The notes under the pieces were generated by a model. The model was given only the letters and a program-made list of their open reading frames with translations. It did no database searches and was not told where the DNA came from. From NCBI GenBank assembly GCA_965112735.1, contig OZ218954.1:3906001-3970000 (forward strand): a DNA stretch of 64,000 nt, read 5' to 3'. Shown here one piece after another: positions 59,968 to 64,000 of this stretch. This DNA is from Phaeosaccion multiseriatum. Taxonomy: Eukaryota > Protista > Ochrophyta, other classes. Position 1 is the stretch's first letter, and each line of letters starts with the position of its first letter. A program made the position numbers and the translations under genes.

Positions 59968-60871
59968 ATGCGCTTCTCCTTCTTCGGCACCGCCCTCCTG
60001 GCCTTCCTCGCCATCAACCAGGCCACCGCCGAGACCGCCAGCGACGAGCTAAAGACGCGCGAGGAGGCTCCCCTTCAGCCCCGAAGGCTGGGGACCTGGA
60101 CTGCCCCTCCCCCTCAGCACTCGAGCTCGCCGGACAGCTCGTCCTCTTCGTCGTCCTCCTCCGGCGGCAGCAGCAGCAGCTCCTCCTCCTCCAGCAGCTC
60201 CGACAAGGGCAAGGGCAAGAAGGGCAAGGTATACCATTTTAAAGCTTAGCGCGCTTCCTTTGTGCCCTTCTCTGCCGCTCCTCTTCTGGCATTCACATTC
60301 ACCCCTTCCCCAAATCTTCTCCCCTTCACTGACTCCTCGTTTGTCTCTCATCACAGAAGGGCGGCAAGGGAAAGGGCAAGGGAAAGGTAGGTCCTTCCCT
60401 CTTTATGTCTCTCCCCCCACCACCACACACCTTCTTTCTCCCTCTCTCGCTTGTCTTGTTGTGCTTGTCTCTCGCAGAGGGGAAAGGTACTCTGTCTCGC
60501 TTTCGCTTCATTGGTGTCCCATTCCCGCTGTCTTCACGTTCTTTGCATTTCTCCACCCCCCCCCCTCTGTTAACCCCTCCCCCTCTTGTCCCTCCTTGTC
60601 ACTCGCACACCTCTCCCGTGTCCTCCCTCTCTCGGTTGTCACTCACACAGAAGGGAGGCAAGAAGGACGGAAAGGTGGGTTACTACTTCCCCTTTGTCTT
60701 TCCCCCACCATCTTTCCTCTTTTTCGTTCCCCCCACCCCTCTCCTTCCTCACTCACACGCATTCCCATTCCCTCGCTTGTCACTCACAAGAAAAACAAAG
60801 GTGGCAAGAAGAACAAGGGCGGCAAGAAGAACGAGGGCGGCAAGGGACACAAGGGCGGAAGCAAGTGGTAG
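59968..60871 (+). CDS. Secreted Ser-rich, Lys/Gly-rich protein F (silaffin-like family) with micro-exons
   Basis: Exons 59968-60228 (signal peptide, PRRL, poly-Ser, DKGKGKKGK), 60357-60386 (KGGKGKGKGK), 60478-60486 (RGK), 60651-60674 (KGGKKDGK), 60791-60871 (KNKGGKKNKGGKKNEGGKGHKGGSKW*). Confidence 0.85.
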
Positions 60872-60992
60872 AAGGGAAATTCTAGAGGTTAACAAAGCTC
60901 TTTAAGAATGGAATGATCTATTGAAAAACACACACGTCTTTCACATTTCTTTAGTGGTGTGTTCCACGAACACTCCGCAGTCCTCTACATCC

Positions 60993-63900
60993 TTACAGCC
61001 CGCCGCCGCCACTCCACATGCCGCCGAAGGACTGCTGCAGCTCCTGGTCGTTGGTGGTGTTGCTGGTGCTGCTGCTGCTGCTGGATCGAGGAACCATGAG
61101 CATTCCTGCACAGTGGGAGAGGGGTTGCACAGAGTAGACGCATATGGGGGGTTAAACACTCTGAGGGCATACACACACGGTTAAGTCTGTCCGCATGTGA
61201 AGAGACCTTGGCATGGCAGTAGCGACAGAGAGTTCATGCCTGTGACTCAATCACAGACAGACGGGCTGGCCGTTCGAAGACCCCCCCCTCCCTGCTCACC
61301 TGCGGCCCCGTTCAGGGCGGGGGAGGAACTGCTCCCTCCCCAGTCTGCAATCTGCGCAAGGCCGGGGGGCTTGGGCGGCAGAGGCGGGGGAAGCGGCTCG
61401 GAGTAGTGTGGCTGCTGCTGCGGTGCTGACTGCTGCTGCTGTATCACCAACTGCTGCTGCTGCCACAGTTGCTGCTGTGAGCCGAGGGATGACATGCTCT
61501 TCGGCCGGGCGGGAAGAGGAGGAGGGAGAGCGGCCTGCCCATATGACTGCAGCTGCTGCCGCTGCTGCTGCTGTTGCTGCTGCCGCTGCTGGCCTTGCGG
61601 AGATGCGGCGCGAAGTGGCAGTCCTGCAGCCAGGGAAGGGCTGGGCACGCCTGCAAAGGGGTCCACGCTCAGGCCTCCGAAGCCGCTCCCAAAGGGGCTT
61701 GCTCCACCTCCTCCTCCTCCTCCTCCTCCTCCTCCTCCTCCTCCGCCACCTCCTCCTGCTGCTGCTGCTCCTGCCGGTGGTTTAAGAGGTGAAGAAAAGG
61801 GGTCTATACTGCTGCTTCCCCCCCCCCCTCCTCCTCTTGCCAGTGGTACTAGCGGTGAAGGTGAAGCAAAGGGGTCTGCGCCGCTCCCAAAGGGATCCAC
61901 CCCGCCCCCTTGTCCTCCTCCTTCTGACCCTGCCCCCAGTCCCGTTGGAGAGAAGAGGTTTCTGCCACTGGATAGAGCTCCACTCGGACCCACCGCCCCC
62001 CCTGCCGAGGCGGCGAATGGATCTGACGTCGAGTTAAATAGGTCCGTAGGCTGCTGCTGCTGCGGCTGATTTGCCGATGCGGGGGCGGTCGGGGGAGCGA
62101 AGAAGTCAACGAGGGCAGGAGAGGCGTGGGGTGGGAAGGCGGTTTCAGAAGAGGAAGACGGGGTGGTGGTGTTGGGGTTGGAGAACACGTCCCAATGCTG
62201 TTGACTCTGCTGTTGGGCTTGTTCTTGCTGCTGGTGCTGCTGCTGTGGTTGTTGCCTTTGGTTCTGCTGACGAAGGCCACCGCTTCCTCCTCCTCCTCCT
62301 CCCCCCCCTGCTGCTGGTGGGGGTGCTGTATCACCAACTGCTGCTGCTGCTGCTGCCCCCCCCTGCCGCATGGCCAATCGCCGTGCTGCGACCGAGTTGG
62401 GATTGAGCCCCGCCCCCGCCGGCTCAGCCACCGCCCTCCTGCTCCCTGCCTCCTGCTGCGTCTGCCTGGCCTTGAGCTTCAGGGCCATGTTCTTCCTCGC
62501 CTCCTCTTCCTCCGTATCCGCCGCTCCTGAGCAAGAGAGACAAGCAGGCAAGCCAGCAAGCAAGCAAGCAAAAAAAGACAAGAGAGGAGGGGGAGGAAGA
62601 GGAGCAAGGGGGGGAAGGGCAGAAAACAGCGAGGTACAGGCGGGTACAGAGTTACAGAGAGGTACATACAGAGAGGTACAGGCGGGTACAGAGCTACATA
62701 GAGATACATGCAGAGAGGTACAGGCGGGCACAGAGTCACATAGAGGTACATACAGAGAGGTACAGGCGGGTACAGAGTCACATAGAGGTACATACAGAGA
62801 GGTACAGGCGGGTACAGAGTCACATAGAGGTACATACAGAGAGGTACAGGCGGGTACAGAGCTACATAGAGGTACATGCAGAGAAGTACAGGCGGGTACA
62901 GAGTCACATAGAGGTACATACAGAGAGGTACAGGCGGGTACAGAGTCACATAGAGGTACATACAGAGAGGTACAGGCGGGTACAGAGTCACATAGAGGTA
63001 CATACAGAGAGATACAGGCGGGTGAGGTGCGTTCGGTTCGCTTGCAACAAGAGAGTCTCTGCTTGTCGTGTACTGAGCAACTGAGCGTCAAGCCAAGTCG
63101 GCATGGGGAAGGTATACTTTTCGTCTTGCGGCAACCAAAAGAGGTTACGCACGCAAGCTCAACTCACTTATCTCTCGCTTCTCTGTGTGTGTGTGTGGTT
63201 GTGTATCCAAGGCTCCCATCCATCCATATACACCACCGTACGAAAACAGCAGTCCAAAGTGCACCAACACTGCATCAACAGTGCAGCAACAGTGCATGAC
63301 CCCCATACACGCACCTGCCGTCTTGCTTGGCGGCAAAGGGCGGCCATTGAGAAGGGCCTCTACACACGCAGACACCTCCCCCACCGCCGCTCTCCGGGCA
63401 GGGTCCGTCTGCAGCATGCGCAGAATCAAGGCTCGGAAATCTTCCGAGAAGGAAAAGCCTATGGAGGAGGAGAGAGAGGTAGAGAGAGAGGAAGGGGGGG
63501 GTTTGAGATAGAGAGGGGAGAGGAGAGAGAGGGAGAGGAGAGAGAGGGAGAGGGAGAGAGAGGGAGAGAAGCAGAGAGACAGCGAGTGTGCAAAGGAGGA
63601 TGAGGATGAAGATGGCAGTGGAGGGGAAGGAGGAAGAGGAGGAAGATGGGTTCGGGGAAAGCAGTGGTGAGGAAACGGGTCAGCTGGGGGAAGAGAGCGA
63701 ACCAGAGGGAGAGGCCGAGAGGAAGAAAGATAAGCGAGGGAGGGATGGCAATGGATGGAGAGCGAGGGAGGGATGGCAATGGATGGAGGCGAGGCGGGGA
63801 TGCGCACTGCCTGCCGGGGGTGGTTCACTTTGCACAAGGGGTGCAGCGTCGAGACGCACGAACTCCAGAGCACCCGTGTCTCTCTCTCCCCTCCACCCTC

Positions 63901-64000
63901 CTCTCTCTCACCCGGAAGGAAGGTGACCTTGGCGTTGACAACTCCCAACTTGGAGTCCGTGTTGATGGGGTGCTTGAGATAGGCAGCGGCGTAGAGCAAA
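60993..64000 (-). CDS. 3' part of a NAK-family (AAK1/BIKE-like) Ser/Thr kinase with a DPF-rich tail
   Basis: Kinase subdomains IX-XI: LYAAAYLKHP...KLGVVNAKVTFLP / FSEDFRALILRMLQTDPARRAAVGEV. Tail has several DPF, DLF and DFF adaptor-binding motifs and PPLPxK/RP. Last exon ~61106-60993 (…QQSFGGMWSGGGGL*). Confidence 0.78.
62630..63022. repeat. 39-bp intronic minisatellite, ~10 copies
   Basis: gaggtacaggcgggtacagagtcacatagaggtacatacaga-type unit repeated in tandem. Confidence 0.95.

Noticed and set aside
31437-60871. Oomycete RXLR-dEER effectors
   Set aside because: Motifs are RxL without a following EER or WY folds; mature regions are low-complexity structural sequences.
62370-63299. Repetitive ORFs (CTSLYVPLCDSVPA, EVQAGTESHRGTYR)
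   Set aside because: Read-through of the 39-bp intronic minisatellite in the kinase gene.

Overview
Intron-rich, GC-rich eukaryotic DNA full of microsatellites. The gene families present point to a stramenopile (ochrophyte-like) alga; this is inference. Housekeeping genes: 3' end of a Sin3-like corepressor (1-1656, +), a large RGS-like + DENN domain gene (9849-21160, -), an MRS2/CorA Mg2+ transporter (21591-26380, +) and the 3' part of an AAK1/NAK-type kinase (60993->64000, -). Two accessory systems stand out. (1) At 2717-7676 (-), a receptor-like gene is built from 16 symmetric LRR cassette exons (mostly 72 bp) with near-identical introns, fused to a ZU5-like domain carrying an H-F-C candidate autoproteolysis site (PIDD-like layout); orphan LRR exons lie upstream. 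(2) At 31.4-60.9 kb, a cluster of secreted-protein genes. It includes a family sharing the signal peptide MR(F/A)SFFGTALLAFLA, an RxL motif, poly-Ser and K/G-rich KxxK tails on micro-exons (silaffin/cingulin-like), two of them with mucin-like PT arrays built from 48-bp exons. The cluster also holds a giant Cys-rich gene, a tandem pair of CxGxxSC genes, truncated copies and TCGGCC-ended transposon remnants. All gene models were spliced by eye and need RNA-seq confirmation.
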